From contig JANQLG010000012.1 in the NCBI GenBank assembly GCA_028280715.1, forward strand, positions 62,211 through 126,210: a stretch of 64,000 nt of DNA, in the 5' to 3' direction. The notes under the pieces are model-generated. The model was given only the letters and a program-made list of their open reading frames with translations. It was not told where the DNA came from and made no database searches. Position numbers and translations under genes: made by a program. Position 1 is the first letter of the stretch. Each line of letters opens with the position of its first letter. The stretch comes from Spongiibacteraceae bacterium (GTDB taxonomy: Bacteria; Pseudomonadota; Gammaproteobacteria; Pseudomonadales; Dasaniaceae). This document shows positions 50,997 to 62,839 of the stretch, piece after piece.

Positions 50997-53387
50997 CTAG
51001 TTTCTGAGCATGGCACCGAATCTGTTTTCCAGTTCTTTAACCACACTCTCAACGGAGGCATTAACCTCATTTTCATTAAGAGTGCGCGAAGAATGCTGAT
51101 ACGTCAAGCCGATGGCCAGACTTTTTTCTTTAAGATCAATACCTTTACCCTCATAGATGTCAAACAGCCTGAGGTTTTTCAGGTCATCACCAGCGGCTTC
51201 TCGCACGGTTTCGAGGACAGTTTTTGCCTCGATTTCACGATTTATCAGAATAGCTAAATCACGGCGAACTTCCGGGAATTTGGACAGTTCTGTGAACTTC
51301 GGCAGGTCAGAATCGGTAATAGCCGACAGTTTTACCTCAAAAAGGTAAATTGTTTGGTTGAATCCGAGCTCTTTTTGCAGCTGCGGGTGAATCGCGCCGA
51401 TATAGCCTACTAATTTACTATCCCTCATCAGCTGGGCGGTCTGACCGGGGTGCAAAGCCGGGTGCTTACCCTTCTCAAAGGTGAAATCGGTACTATTACC
51501 ACCCAAACCTAAAATGGACTCCAAATCCCCCTTTAGGTCATAGAAATCGACCATTTCACCGTTTTCCGACCAGGATTCAGGCTCTCGGCGGCCAGTAATG
51601 GCCGCTGCCAGCATCACATCCTGTACAGGTAGGCCATTACCATCGGGAATAAAACGCTGACCTGACTCGAACAGACGCAAGCGGTATTGCTGGCGGTTAA
51701 GATTATGCTGCAAGGTTTGTAACAGGCCCGGCCACAGGCTGGTTCTCATCACCGACATATCCGCCGATATGGGGTTCTTTAATGGAACACTGGCGCCCCC
51801 AGGACATACCAGTTGCTGCAATTTAGGTTCAACGAAGCTGTAAGTGATCGCCTCCTGATAGCCTCTGGCAACCAATTGGCGCCTAATAGCTGTCACCGGT
51901 AGTTCGGTATCAGATTTAGGCTTGAGGTGCATATCAGCATGGATCGGGGTCACTGGCATGTTGTTATAGCCGTACACCCGGGCCAATTCTTCTAATAAGT
52001 CCGCTTCAATCTCAATATCGAAACGCCAGGAGGGTGAATCAGCACGCCAACCGGCATCGGTTTCAGTCACGTTCATACCCAAGCGTTGAAGAATCTCAGT
52101 GACTTCTGCACGTGGGATTTCCAGGCCCAGCAAACGCTCGATGCGCGCTGCACGTAACTCAACCGCAACTGCCTTCGGCATTTGCTTTTCCTTACGCACT
52201 TCAATCAAAGGGCCAGCCTGGCCGCCGACAATCTCAAGAATCAATTGCGTTGCTCGCTCAGCAGCAATAGCCTGCAGCTCGTAATCAACACCACGCTCAA
52301 AGCGCAGTGACGAGTCAGTATGCAAACCGTAAGAACGAGCACGGCCGGAAATGTTTACCGGTGCGAAAAATGCCGACTCTAAAAAGATATGCTTGGTATT
52401 GTCGTTAACCGCCGTGGCTTCACCACCCATAATCCCCGCAAGCGCTACCGCTTTGTCGTGATCAGCAATCACCAGCGCACCTTCATTCAGCTCTATTTCC
52501 TGGCCATCAAGCAAGGTGATTTTTTCTTTGTCAGCCGCCTGTCGAACAACGATACCACCGGACAATAAATTCAAATCAAAGGCATGCAGTGGCTGACCTA
52601 ATTCCAGCAATACGTAGTTGGTAATATCAACAATCGCATCAATTGAGCGAATACCACTGCGGCGCAGTTTTTCCACCATCCAAAGCGGTGTTGGAATCGA
52701 CACATCAACGTCACGAATAACACGGCCAACATAACGCGGACAATCTTCTGCCGCCTGAATGTCAACAGGCAACGTTTCATCTATCGTAGGTGCTACAGCA
52801 TCAACCGCAACTTCGGTCACCACCTCTTTATTTAATACGCCGACATCACGGGCAATACCTCGAATCGAAAAACAATCGGCGCGATTTGGGGTTAAATCAA
52901 CTTCAATGATGCTGTCATCAAGACCAAGATAGTCACGAATATCGGTGCCAACAGGTGCATCATCGGCCAGCTCCATCAGGCCATCACTGCTTTGTGCCAT
53001 ACCCAGCTCTTGCTCAGCACACAACATGCCAAAGGATTCTACGCCGCGCAGCTTGGCTTTTTTAATTTTCAGCGTATCGCCGTTTGGCATTGGCAGTGCA
53101 GCACCCACCGTAGCAAAGGGTACTTTTAAACCTTCGGTAGCGTTGGGGGCACCACAAACCACCTGTACAGATTCACTACCGTTATTGACTTGGCAAATGC
53201 GCAGCTTGTCAGCATCCGGATGCTGTTCAACAGAGAGAATTTCACCGACGATAACACCACTAAAGGCACTGGCTACAGATTCCATACCATCGACTTCAAG
53301 ACCGGCCATCGTCAATTGTTCAACGAGGTCCGCTGTCGGCAGGTTTGGGTTAACCCATTCACGTAGCCATTGTTCGCTTATTTTCAT
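50997..53387 (-). CDS. pheT: Phenylalanine--tRNA ligase beta subunit
   Basis: 796 aa starting MKISEQWLREWVNP. Conserved operon context. Confidence 0.95.
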   Translation of the reverse strand: MKISEQWLREWVNPNLPTADLVEQLTMAGLEVDGMESVASAFSGVIVGEILSVEQHPDADKLRICQVNNGSESVQVVCGAPNATEGLKVPFATVGAALPMPNGDTLKIKKAKLRGVESFGMLCAEQELGMAQSSDGLMELADDAPVGTDIRDYLGLDDSIIEVDLTPNRADCFSIRGIARDVGVLNKEVVTEVAVDAVAPTIDETLPVDIQAAEDCPRYVGRVIRDVDVSIPTPLWMVEKLRRSGIRSIDAIVDITNYVLLELGQPLHAFDLNLLSGGIVVRQAADKEKITLLDGQEIELNEGALVIADHDKAVALAGIMGGEATAVNDNTKHIFLESAFFAPVNISGRARSYGLHTDSSLRFERGVDYELQAIAAERATQLILEIVGGQAGPLIEVRKEKQMPKAVAVELRAARIERLLGLEIPRAEVTEILQRLGMNVTETDAGWRADSPSWRFDIEIEADLLEELARVYGYNNMPVTPIHADMHLKPKSDTELPVTAIRRQLVARGYQEAITYSFVEPKLQQLVCPGGASVPLKNPISADMSVMRTSLWPGLLQTLQHNLNRQQYRLRLFESGQRFIPDGNGLPVQDVMLAAAITGRREPESWSENGEMVDFYDLKGDLESILGLGGNSTDFTFEKGKHPALHPGQTAQLMRDSKLVGYIGAIHPQLQKELGFNQTIYLFEVKLSAITDSDLPKFTELSKFPEVRRDLAILINREIEAKTVLETVREAAGDDLKNLRLFDIYEGKGIDLKEKSLAIGLTYQHSSRTLNENEVNASVESVVKELENRFGAMLRN

Positions 53388-53476
53388 TTTCTATCCCAAA
53401 ACTCTTTATGAAGGCTGTAGGGTGGAACTCGCTCCACCTTTCTGGAGGATTAAAATCCACCCTACTGGCTTAAGCT

Positions 53477-54481
<1,005 letters not shown>

Positions 54482-54553
54482 TTATGTACGTTGTCTCTAT
54501 TTATGTTTGTTTCGATTCAGGTGAACCGTAAAAAAACCATTGTCTAAAACGAC

Positions 54554-54587
54554 AAATAGGGAAAGAGCGGCAGCCCTTTCCCTATTT
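54554..54587 (-). terminator. rplT terminator / pheST attenuator hairpin
   Basis: Minus strand: AAAUAGGGAAAG-(10 nt)-CUUUCCCUAUUU followed by GUCGUUUU. Confidence 0.7.
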
Positions 54588-54638
54588 AAGTGTTTTGTAA
54601 AATCAGAATCTAATCTCTTAGATCCCAAAATTCAAACA

Positions 54639-54995
54639 TTAAGCCAAGGCTGCTTTAGCTTTCTCAACTACAACAGCAAAAGCAGCTTTATCGTGTACAG
54701 CCAGATCAGCCAGTACGCGACGATCCAAACCGATCTCTGCTTTTTTCAGGCCAGCAATCAAACGGCTGTAGGACAAACCGTTAGCACGGGACTGCGCATT
54801 AATACGAGTGATCCACAGTGCACGGAACTGACGCTTACGCTGACGACGGTCACGGTAGGCGTATTGGCCGGCTTTGATAACCGCTTGTTTGGCAACACGG
54901 AAGATACGCGAGCGCGCTCCGTAGTAACCTTTGGCTTGCTTTAAAATCTTTTTGTGACGACGGTGTGCTGTCACACCACGTTTTACGCGAGGCAT
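54639..54995 (-). CDS. rplT: 50S ribosomal protein L20
   Basis: [30 protein letters not shown]. Confidence 0.97.
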   Translation of the reverse strand: MPRVKRGVTAHRRHKKILKQAKGYYGARSRIFRVAKQAVIKAGQYAYRDRRQRKRQFRALWITRINAQSRANGLSYSRLIAGLKKAEIGLDRRVLADLAVHDKAAFAVVVEKAKAALA

Positions 54996-55041
54996 AGTAG
55001 TCTTCTCCTATCTAGGACTCTTGAACAATGAGTGACAGCGC

Positions 55042-55236
55042 TTACTTAGCGCGTAACATACGATCGACCAGTACTTTGTCTGAAGCGTGAACTTCTGAAG
55101 TACCGCGCAGCTGACGCTTACGCTTGGTAGTCATTTTGGTCAAGATGTGACTCTTGTGAGCGCTTTTACGTTTGTAACCGGAACCGGTTTTTTTGAAACG
55201 TTTAGCTGCCCCGCTATGTACTTTAGCTTTTGGCAT
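55042..55236 (-). CDS. rpmI: 50S ribosomal protein L35
   Basis: [34 protein letters not shown]. Confidence 0.97.
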   Translation of the reverse strand: MPKAKVHSGAAKRFKKTGSGYKRKSAHKSHILTKMTTKRKRQLRGTSEVHASDKVLVDRMLRAK

Positions 55237-55342
55237 CGTTAGATACTCCGCATTTGAGGCTTATTACAGCCTAATCATTAATAAAACAAAAAAGTGTGCG
55301 GCCCTTTTTACCTATATAGATAAAAAATATGAGCTCACGCAG

Positions 55343-55870
55343 TTACTTTTTCTTACTTTTTGGGGCAATCACCATCGTCAATTGACGACCTTCCATTTTC
55401 GGAAACTGTTCTACAGTACCCAGCTCTTCGAGATCTTTCTCGACGCGCTTGAGCAACTCCATCCCAATTTCCTGGTGGGCCATCTCACGACCGCGGTAAC
55501 GCAAGGTCACCTTGGCTTTATCCCCATGTTCAAGGAAACGTATCAGGTTGCGTAGTTTTACCTGATAATCCCCTTCTTCCGTCCCAGGACGAAACTTCAT
55601 TTCCTTAACCTGTGTACGAACCTGCTTTTTACGCTGAGCAGCTTGCTGCTTCTTGGCCTCGAACACATGTTTGCCGTAGTCCATAATTTTACAGACTATC
55701 GGATCGGAATCCGTTATTTGCACTAAATCCAGAGCCGCTTCAGCTGCTGCTGCACGCGCTTCTTCGATAGGTACTATGCCGACCTGTTCCCCATCGGCTC
55801 CAATTAGGCGAACTTCACTGGCCTGTATGTCGTCGTTTATATTCGCCCGCTTACTATTACCTTTCTTAAT
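55343..55870 (-). CDS. infC: Translation initiation factor IF-3 (ATT start codon)
   Basis: The ORF-track fragment 55343..55723 extends in frame upstream through [38 protein letters not shown] to an ATT at 55870. 175 aa. The AUU start is the conserved infC feature. Confidence 0.9.
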   Translation of the reverse strand: MKKGNSKRANINDDIQASEVRLIGADGEQVGIVPIEEARAAAAEAALDLVQITDSDPIVCKIMDYGKHVFEAKKQQAAQRKKQVRTQVKEMKFRPGTEEGDYQVKLRNLIRFLEHGDKAKVTLRYRGREMAHQEIGMELLKRVEKDLEELGTVEQFPKMEGRQLTMVIAPKSKKK

Positions 55871-55921
55871 CGTTATCTCTCCGTTGGTTACTCTCTATAT
55901 ACAACTACTCTTACTCTGGAA

Positions 55922-57865
55922 TCATTCAGTTGGTTCAGTTTCAGAAACAACACGGCCGCGTCGGGCTACGTCTTCAGCGAGGCGCTGCTCAAAGGCTTCC
56001 AGAGACATGGAGCCGAGGTCCTCACCGCTACGCGCACGCACGGCCACGGTTTGATTTTCCACTTCCTTACCGCCAACTACCAATAGATAAGGAACTTTCT
56101 GAATTGTGTGCTCGCGGATTTTAAAGCCGATTTTCTCGTTTCTCAAGTCTGCTTCGACCCTAATACCCTTATTTTTCAAGGATTCTTCCACTTTTCGGAC
56201 ATAATCGGCGTGTTTATCGGTAATATTGGCGATTACAACCTGAGTTGGCGCCAGCCAAGCTGGGAAGGCGCCAGCATAATGTTCGGTCAAAATACCGATA
56301 AAACGCTCCAGCGAACCCAATATCGCCCGGTGAATCATCACTGGTGTCTGACGGTCGCCATGCTCATCAATGTACTGGGCACCCAAACGCCCAGGCATAG
56401 AGAAATCCAACTGAATAGTGCCGCATTGCCATGCACGCTGTAGACAATCATACAAAGTGAACTCGATCTTAGGGCCATAAAAAGCGCCCTCACCTTCTTG
56501 AATCTCATACTCAAGATCATTGGCCTTCAGGGCGTCGGCTAACCCTTGCTCCGCCTTATCCCAGATTTCATCAGAGCCTATACGCTGCTCTGGCCGGGTC
56601 GATAACTTAACGTCAATGGAGTCTTCAAAGCCAAAGTCACGATACACGTCGTAAACCATGCGAATACAACTGGTCAGCTCCTCCAGTATCTGGCTTTCTG
56701 TACAAAAAACATGAGCGTCATCCTGGGTGAAAGAGCGAACACGCATTAGGCCATGCAGGGAACCCGATGGCTCATTACGGTGGACAATACCAAACTCAGC
56801 CATGCGATATGGCAAATCACGATAGCTCTTCAAGCCCTGGTTATAAATCTGTAGATGGCCGGGGCAGTTCATCGGTTTTACCGCATAAGTACGTTTCTCG
56901 GATTCAGTGGCAAAAATATTGTCGTGGTATTTATCCCAGTGACCGGACTTCTCCCACATCGACACATCCATAATCATCGGCGCGCGTACTTCTTCGTAGT
57001 CATACTCAGTCAACTTGGCACGCATATAATTTTCTAGTGACGTGTAGATACTCCAGCCCTTGGCGTGCCAAAACACCATGCCAGGTGCTTCTTCCTGCCA
57101 GTGAAATAAATCCAGCGTTTTGCCCAACTTTCTGTGGTCACGCTTTGCCGCTTCTTCAATTCGGGTAATATGAGCCTTCAAATCCTTCTTGTTCGCCCAA
57201 GCAGTACCATAAATACGCTGCAGCTGGGTATTGGCAGAGTCGCCACGCCAATAGGCACCCGAAACTCTCATCAACTTGAAGTAATGACAAAAACGCATAT
57301 TGGGTACATGCGGGCCGCGGCACATATCAATATACTCTTCGTGATGATAAAGACCAGGCTGGTCATCGCGAGCAATATCCCGTTCTAAAATTTCCATTTT
57401 GTAGGTTTCGCCGCGCGCAGCAAAAGTATCATAAGCCTCCTGCCAACTGACCTTTTTCTTAACTACATCGTAATCAGTCTTCGCTAACTCCAACATGCGT
57501 TTCTCTAATGCAGCCATGTCTTCATCGGTCAGGGTTTTGTCGATATCAACATCGTAGTAAAAACCATTGTCGATGGTTGGGCCAATGGCCATTTTGGCAT
57601 CGGGCCATAATTGTTTAATAGCATGACCTAACAAGTGCGCGCAGGAGTGGCGGATAATCTCCAGGCCATCTTCATCCTTCGCCGTAAAAATCACCAAGTC
57701 GGCATCTTCTTCAATCATGTCGACGGCATCGACTCGCACACCGTTAACCCGACCACCCAATGTGGCCTTAGCCAGACCAGGGCCTATGTCATTGGCAACA
57801 TCGAGGACAGAAACGGGATTATCAAAGGAGCGCTGACTTCCGTCAGGGAGAGTAACAACAGGCAT
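55922..57865 (-). CDS. thrS: Threonine--tRNA ligase
   Basis: 647 aa starting [14 protein letters not shown] (TGS domain), with a class-II core and an anticodon-binding C-terminus. Confidence 0.95.
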   Translation of the reverse strand: MPVVTLPDGSQRSFDNPVSVLDVANDIGPGLAKATLGGRVNGVRVDAVDMIEEDADLVIFTAKDEDGLEIIRHSCAHLLGHAIKQLWPDAKMAIGPTIDNGFYYDVDIDKTLTDEDMAALEKRMLELAKTDYDVVKKKVSWQEAYDTFAARGETYKMEILERDIARDDQPGLYHHEEYIDMCRGPHVPNMRFCHYFKLMRVSGAYWRGDSANTQLQRIYGTAWANKKDLKAHITRIEEAAKRDHRKLGKTLDLFHWQEEAPGMVFWHAKGWSIYTSLENYMRAKLTEYDYEEVRAPMIMDVSMWEKSGHWDKYHDNIFATESEKRTYAVKPMNCPGHLQIYNQGLKSYRDLPYRMAEFGIVHRNEPSGSLHGLMRVRSFTQDDAHVFCTESQILEELTSCIRMVYDVYRDFGFEDSIDVKLSTRPEQRIGSDEIWDKAEQGLADALKANDLEYEIQEGEGAFYGPKIEFTLYDCLQRAWQCGTIQLDFSMPGRLGAQYIDEHGDRQTPVMIHRAILGSLERFIGILTEHYAGAFPAWLAPTQVVIANITDKHADYVRKVEESLKNKGIRVEADLRNEKIGFKIREHTIQKVPYLLVVGGKEVENQTVAVRARSGEDLGSMSLEAFEQRLAEDVARRGRVVSETEPTE

Positions 57866-57974
57866 TGCTTTTTCCTATATCAGTGGTGAACCCTACCAAA
57901 GCCCACGTGAAAATAACTACAAAAACTAAAAATCAATAAGCGGTAAGTTTTAAGGGCGACCACTCTACCACAGC

Positions 57975-58022
57975 CCAGATTCATGTAAAGCCAGAATCAT
58001 GTAAAGCCAAATTCATTTAAAA
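57975..58022. repeat. Three tandem 16-bp repeats in the hisC-thrS spacer
   Basis: CCAGATTCATGTAAAG / CCAGAATCATGTAAAG / CCAAATTCATTTAAAA, head to tail. Confidence 0.8.
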
Positions 58023-58045
58023 AAGGCACATACAAAATTGTAGTT

Positions 58046-59113
58046 TTATGACGCCGACAAAATCCGCTTAACTGCTGCAATAAACTGCTGCATTTCTTCA
58101 TCGGAGCCAATACTCACTCGCAGATATTCATCGATACGCGCCTTGCTGAAATAGCGCACAATGATATTTTCTTCGCGCAGAGCTTTGAACATTGCCTCAG
58201 CCGACATCTGCGGAGGTTTAGCCATTACAAAATTGGTTTTGGACGGAATCACTTCAAAACCCAACACCTCTAATTGCGCAGTGGTCCACTCACGCGTTGC
58301 AATGATCTTATTACAGCAATCATTAAAATATTCCCTATCCTCAATCGCCACCGTCGCCGCCAGTTCAGCAACACGATCCAATGAATAGGGGTTAAAGGAA
58401 TTTTTGACTCGCTCCATACCTTCAATTAATTCTGCACTGCCGACAGCAAAACCGACACGCGCTCCGGCCAAAGAACGGGATTTGGATAAGGTTTGAATCA
58501 CTAACACATTGGGATAACGATCAATCAAGGCTGTCGCCGACTCACTGCCAAAATCCACATAGGCTTCATCGACAATCACCACGGTTTCGGTATTGCTCTT
58601 CAGTAACTCTTCGATGACTGACAGCTCCATGCCGATGCCCGTCGGTGCATTGGGGTTAGGAAAAATAATTCCGCCGTTGGGCTGCAGGTAATCATCCAGA
58701 TTGATGGAGAAATCGTCAGCAAGTGGCAACTCGACATAGTCAATATCAAACAAACCGCAATAGACGGTATAAAAGCCATAGGTGATATCGGGAAACAGCA
58801 GCGGTTTGTCTTGTTTAAAAAACGCCTGAAAAGCAAAAGCCAGCACTTCATCGGAGCCATTACCGACAATCACCTGTTGCTCACTGATATCGTAGTGCTT
58901 GGCAATGGCCTGCTTGAGTTGCGCGTTAGCCGGATCAGGGTACAGTCTCAGGTTATCGATGGCATCCTTCGACAATGCCTCTAACACCTTGGGTGAAGGC
59001 GGATAAGGATTCTCATTGGTGTTAAGCTTGATCAGATCAAGCTGTTTAGGTTGCTCGCCGGGTACGTAGGGATCTAACTGATCGACTAAACCGCTCCAGT
59101 ATTTTGAGGGCAT
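58046..59113 (-). CDS. hisC: Histidinol-phosphate aminotransferase-like class-II aminotransferase
   Basis: [18 protein letters not shown], and [10 protein letters not shown] carrying the PLP lysine. The ATG at 59113 is preferred to the ORF-track start at 59176. Confidence 0.75.
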   Translation of the reverse strand: MPSKYWSGLVDQLDPYVPGEQPKQLDLIKLNTNENPYPPSPKVLEALSKDAIDNLRLYPDPANAQLKQAIAKHYDISEQQVIVGNGSDEVLAFAFQAFFKQDKPLLFPDITYGFYTVYCGLFDIDYVELPLADDFSINLDDYLQPNGGIIFPNPNAPTGIGMELSVIEELLKSNTETVVIVDEAYVDFGSESATALIDRYPNVLVIQTLSKSRSLAGARVGFAVGSAELIEGMERVKNSFNPYSLDRVAELAATVAIEDREYFNDCCNKIIATREWTTAQLEVLGFEVIPSKTNFVMAKPPQMSAEAMFKALREENIIVRYFSKARIDEYLRVSIGSDEEMQQFIAAVKRILSAS

Positions 59114-59266
59114 GGGTTTAAGGGTTCCACAATCTACTAAATGCCGGAAAGTATACACCAAGAAATGTAGCGACAATATTTACGACAAAATTTAAAACAA
59201 CATTCGAGCCATTATCCTTGCCGCTACCAAACCCAATCCCTCAACCTCAAGAATAGATTAAAGGGA

Positions 59267-60412
59267 CTATTTCATTACGTAAGTATTGATGGTTTCTTTA
59301 GCAAAGGACTTTCCCGTACTTGAGTCATACTTACCCTCTTCCATGACTTGCTGAGCATATTGAAATAAGGGCATAAAAATCGGTTGGCCGTTGACTTTCT
59401 CATGTAACCTTAAGGAGTCATGGCTTTCAAAAACCTGCAGCCATTCCTCTCGTACATCTGCCCAGAATTGTCCAGCTAAGGACATATATTGATCCCCTGC
59501 AGAGAAATCAAAGTCAGTAATTCTCTGATAACGAGCCAGACCTTCCTCCTTTGATAAATAAGGCTCTTCTACAGCAGGCTCACCAGTTTCATCAACCACC
59601 AATTTCCAATTCTCTTCCTCCTGCACCCAACCGTTACGGGTTATGGTATGGCGGTTAAAACCTTCGAGTACTTGATAATCGCTTCTTATACTGTGTTCTC
59701 TACGTGGCAATGGACGCCGAGTCGTATCGCTAATCCAACTGGAAAAACTGGTATTGTGTTGCCAGCGACCTATCGATTCATAACGTGGCGAATCATCAAC
59801 TTGAAACACCGCCTGGCTCCATTTGCCGGAACGCTCTTTACGGGAAACCCGCTGTTTGGACCACTGATTCCTGTGATCAAAAACCAGCAATTCATCATCC
59901 TCATAGGTCCAATCCTGACGCCAGTGCTTCATCACCATCGGTGCTGAGACCGATCCGTCTTCCTGCTCAAAATACATCACCATCAGATGCTGTAAGCTGA
60001 TGAAATCCTCACGTTCTTCTAGCACATAAACATATTCGGTACCCCAGGATTGATAAGGGCGATCACGTTTAAATTGCTTGCTAAAGCCAACGGTTTCCAA
60101 AAAATCAAAGCTGACTTTATAGGGCCCCGCCATCGCCAGAATTGCCCTGCGGTCCTTTTCAAAACTGGACAGGCCTTGTTGCTGAATTGCCAACCAACCA
60201 GAATGCGGTTCAGTATCTAAAGTGACTGACGCACCCCGACTACTACCACCGCGGGGAGCATTATTACATTCACTACCGATAGCCCAGCTAAACACGTAAC
60301 GTTGATGGTCGCTACTACAGTTTTTTTCCTGCTCCGCTGAATAGGCCAATACACTGTTAGTAAAAGCGAAGACCAAAACTGCTATAACCCATTTCGTTAG
60401 TTGAAAAGTCAT
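59267..60412 (-). CDS. Exported protein of unknown function
   Basis: 381-aa ORF with a signal peptide (VIAVLVFAFTNSVLAYSA). Trp-rich. Confidence 0.5.
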   Translation of the reverse strand: MTFQLTKWVIAVLVFAFTNSVLAYSAEQEKNCSSDHQRYVFSWAIGSECNNAPRGGSSRGASVTLDTEPHSGWLAIQQQGLSSFEKDRRAILAMAGPYKVSFDFLETVGFSKQFKRDRPYQSWGTEYVYVLEEREDFISLQHLMVMYFEQEDGSVSAPMVMKHWRQDWTYEDDELLVFDHRNQWSKQRVSRKERSGKWSQAVFQVDDSPRYESIGRWQHNTSFSSWISDTTRRPLPRREHSIRSDYQVLEGFNRHTITRNGWVQEEENWKLVVDETGEPAVEEPYLSKEEGLARYQRITDFDFSAGDQYMSLAGQFWADVREEWLQVFESHDSLRLHEKVNGQPIFMPLFQYAQQVMEEGKYDSSTGKSFAKETINTYVMK

Positions 60413-60755
60413 CTTTCACCTATGTTTAAAAAAATTATTCATATCTTTCCAAAAGCAAAACTAACACATTAATTATGCTGCACACTCTATACCTATCTAT
60501 ACCTAGCAGTAACCAGCAAACCTCTGCTTTTCTATCTGTCTTAGGAAGATAAACAACTAGACAACAGATATTAATGATAATGATAACTATTTTCAATAAG
60601 ATATTTTATTTAGTGTAGTGCTGATTTAATCTGTACAAGGAGCTGAGCATGGGAGACCGTGATTTTGTTTCTAAAGCGCTCTCCAGGGAGGCTATTTGGC
60701 AGCAATGCACTATCCTAGATAGACAGTTTTATTCACTATCGACATCGAGGCTGAT

Positions 60756-61079
60756 ATGGAAGAGCAGGAAAAAAATCGTTTGATGTTGCAGTTTGAACAC
60801 TTGCTGCGCAAAACCAATAAAGACAATATCAATCCGGTTATAGACTCATTAAGTATTGATGACCTGGAGCCGATCATTAGCTTGGTGGCAAGATGCCGGG
60901 CACGCTATCTCGCTTATGTTCATGACATCAGCAAAAAGTATGAAGGTACAGACGATTTCCCCAATGCAGAGGAGATGGAAAAGCTTAGGAAGTTACGTGT
61001 GGCTTTTGATGAGCTGACTAGTGGGTCTCAGGCGTTTGAGACGTCTATTTTGAGGGGGTATTTGGATGTGAAGGGGTGA
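60756..61079 (+). CDS. Hypothetical helical protein
   Basis: 107-aa ORF. No family recognised. Confidence 0.4.
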   Translation: MEEQEKNRLMLQFEHLLRKTNKDNINPVIDSLSIDDLEPIISLVARCRARYLAYVHDISKKYEGTDDFPNAEEMEKLRKLRVAFDELTSGSQAFETSILRGYLDVKG

Positions 61080-61259
61080 GAGAAATTAAGGTTCAGTGTT
61101 GTTATCTCATAACGCACAACAAGGGTGAACAAAAGCACGGCTAGACAATACCGTGAAGCAGTACTCTGCTCCAAACACCTCGCCATTGCGCAGTTCCTGC
61201 AGTCCAACTACAATCCAGCGCTATAAAATCTAATAAAGTTCAAGAAGGAGAACTTAGCA

Positions 61260-61697
61260 ATGTCAGCCAATCCAATCCAAGCGATTTCAACTTCTGACAA
61301 CGCAGAAGACTATTTAAACGCGTACTTTGATGCGTGGCGCAGAGGCGATATAGATGAAGTAATGGCTTATTTCACTGACGACGTGGAAATGGTGACGCCT
61401 ATCGGCACACTCCAAGGCAAAGATGCCGTTAGAAACGAATTCGTTGCACCCTTTTGTGTTGCGTTTCCAGGCAATGTACACGAGCCTCAGTGCGTCGTAT
61501 ACAAAGAAGGTGTCGCTTCTGTGGAATGGCGTTTCAAAGCCGAACACCTAGGAGAACTCAACGGAATCCCTGCCAGCGGCCTCAAGACAGATCTACCAGG
61601 GTGCTCGTTCTACTTCCTTGAAGGAAACCTTATCAAAAGCGGACATATCTATTACAACTTACCTACATTTCTTGCACAGATAGGGGTTGAGTCGTAA
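61260..61697 (+). CDS. SnoaL-like/NTF2-fold (ester-cyclase-like) protein
   Basis: YFDAWRRGDIDEVMAYFTDDVEM is the typical SnoaL_2 N-terminus. AAGGAG RBS. Confidence 0.6.
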   Translation: MSANPIQAISTSDNAEDYLNAYFDAWRRGDIDEVMAYFTDDVEMVTPIGTLQGKDAVRNEFVAPFCVAFPGNVHEPQCVVYKEGVASVEWRFKAEHLGELNGIPASGLKTDLPGCSFYFLEGNLIKSGHIYYNLPTFLAQIGVES

Positions 61698-61720
61698 GTT
61701 AGCTAAGGCATTATGTGAAG

Positions 61721-61755
61721 AGGCGATAACAGAAAACTGTTATCGCCTTTTTTGT
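61721..61755 (+). terminator. Rho-independent terminator
   Basis: AGGCGATAACAG-AAAA-CTGTTATCGCCT followed by TTTTTTG. Confidence 0.85.
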
Positions 61756-61946
61756 TTTTGGAAGAAAAAAATTATTAGGTTGGTTTGGGAATTTAGCGCC
61801 ATAATCGGAATTACTTAAATTATTGGGGAAAGATTTATTTTTGGAATTAAAATGATTCATTTAAATAATTCTGTCCCTATTATTTATTTAACACCCCAAA
61901 AAAGCAGGCCCAAAGCGAAGGTATGGGGTCAGTTTTGCTTACCTTT

Positions 61947-62363
61947 TCAAGTTTTGCTTACCTTCCTTTGAACAAGCTTGATCATATCGTCGATAGTTTT
62001 TGCGTTTTCAGCTTCTGCATCTTCAATGCTTATATTAAACGTATTTTCCAATGCCACAATAATTGCCACATCGACCATAGAATCTGACTTTAGAAGAAAA
62101 GATAAGTCACTTGAGAAATCATCTTCTTTGTGAAGTCTTGATAGATCTACATCTAGCTGTTCTTCCAGTATCCCTATCACGCCACTTACGATTTCAATTG
62201 GCATATCTTCATGTGAATAATATTTATTGTAAAACTCGTTAACCGTTAGTGACTTCCTGCCAAAAAATATTTCATCGAGTTTTTCTTGGTGCTTTCTTTT
62301 ATCTCTTTTTATTGAGAAGTATATGCCTAAGATTAGGATGATTATTAGGGTGATGGTTTCCAT
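61947..62363 (-). CDS. Membrane-anchored protein with acyl-carrier-protein-like C-terminal domain
   Basis: N-terminal TM helix. The C-terminal ~80 aa look like an ACP helical bundle with DSM in place of DSL. Confidence 0.35.
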   Translation of the reverse strand: METITLIIILILGIYFSIKRDKRKHQEKLDEIFFGRKSLTVNEFYNKYYSHEDMPIEIVSGVIGILEEQLDVDLSRLHKEDDFSSDLSFLLKSDSMVDVAIIVALENTFNISIEDAEAENAKTIDDMIKLVQRKVSKT

Positions 62364-62457
62364 GAGAGATTAACGCCTAGGAATGTTCAGCTTTGTGGCG
62401 CAGCCGTGCTTAAAACTGTCCAGCCGCAGGCGTTCATTGCGCGTTTTGTTATATGTT

Positions 62458-62811
62458 TTACTTTGGCTCTATTTGCCATGTAGCTTTACCACGCCCATCT
62501 GTTTCTAAAATTGAGTAAATAAACTCAAACTCGAATCCAATTTTTTCATTAGCTAGATATCTTCCAGAGGCCGACATATATTCCTTTAAAAGCTTATCCT
62601 TAACTGAGCTCTCTGAAAAATATACTCGTTTTATAGAGCCCTCGAGCATCCGGCAGCTGTATCCTTTGCACTGGGAGCCTCCACTTATTCTTAGATCTAT
62701 ATAGTCAGTCCCTTTTGAAAATACAGACGCCTTCCCCACGCAAACGCAACTTGAATTAGCAGCCACCTCAAAAGATGCTATTAAAAATATTAAGGCCGTA
62801 TATCTGATCAT
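62458..62811 (-). CDS. Small exported Cys-containing protein (paralog of 63627..63995)
   Basis: Signal peptide ending AANSS followed by CVCVGK. Confidence 0.45.
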   Translation of the reverse strand: MIRYTALIFLIASFEVAANSSCVCVGKASVFSKGTDYIDLRISGGSQCKGYSCRMLEGSIKRVYFSESSVKDKLLKEYMSASGRYLANEKIGFEFEFIYSILETDGRGKATWQIEPK

Positions 62812-62839
62812 TGGTGCATTGTTTTGTTATGCATTAAAC

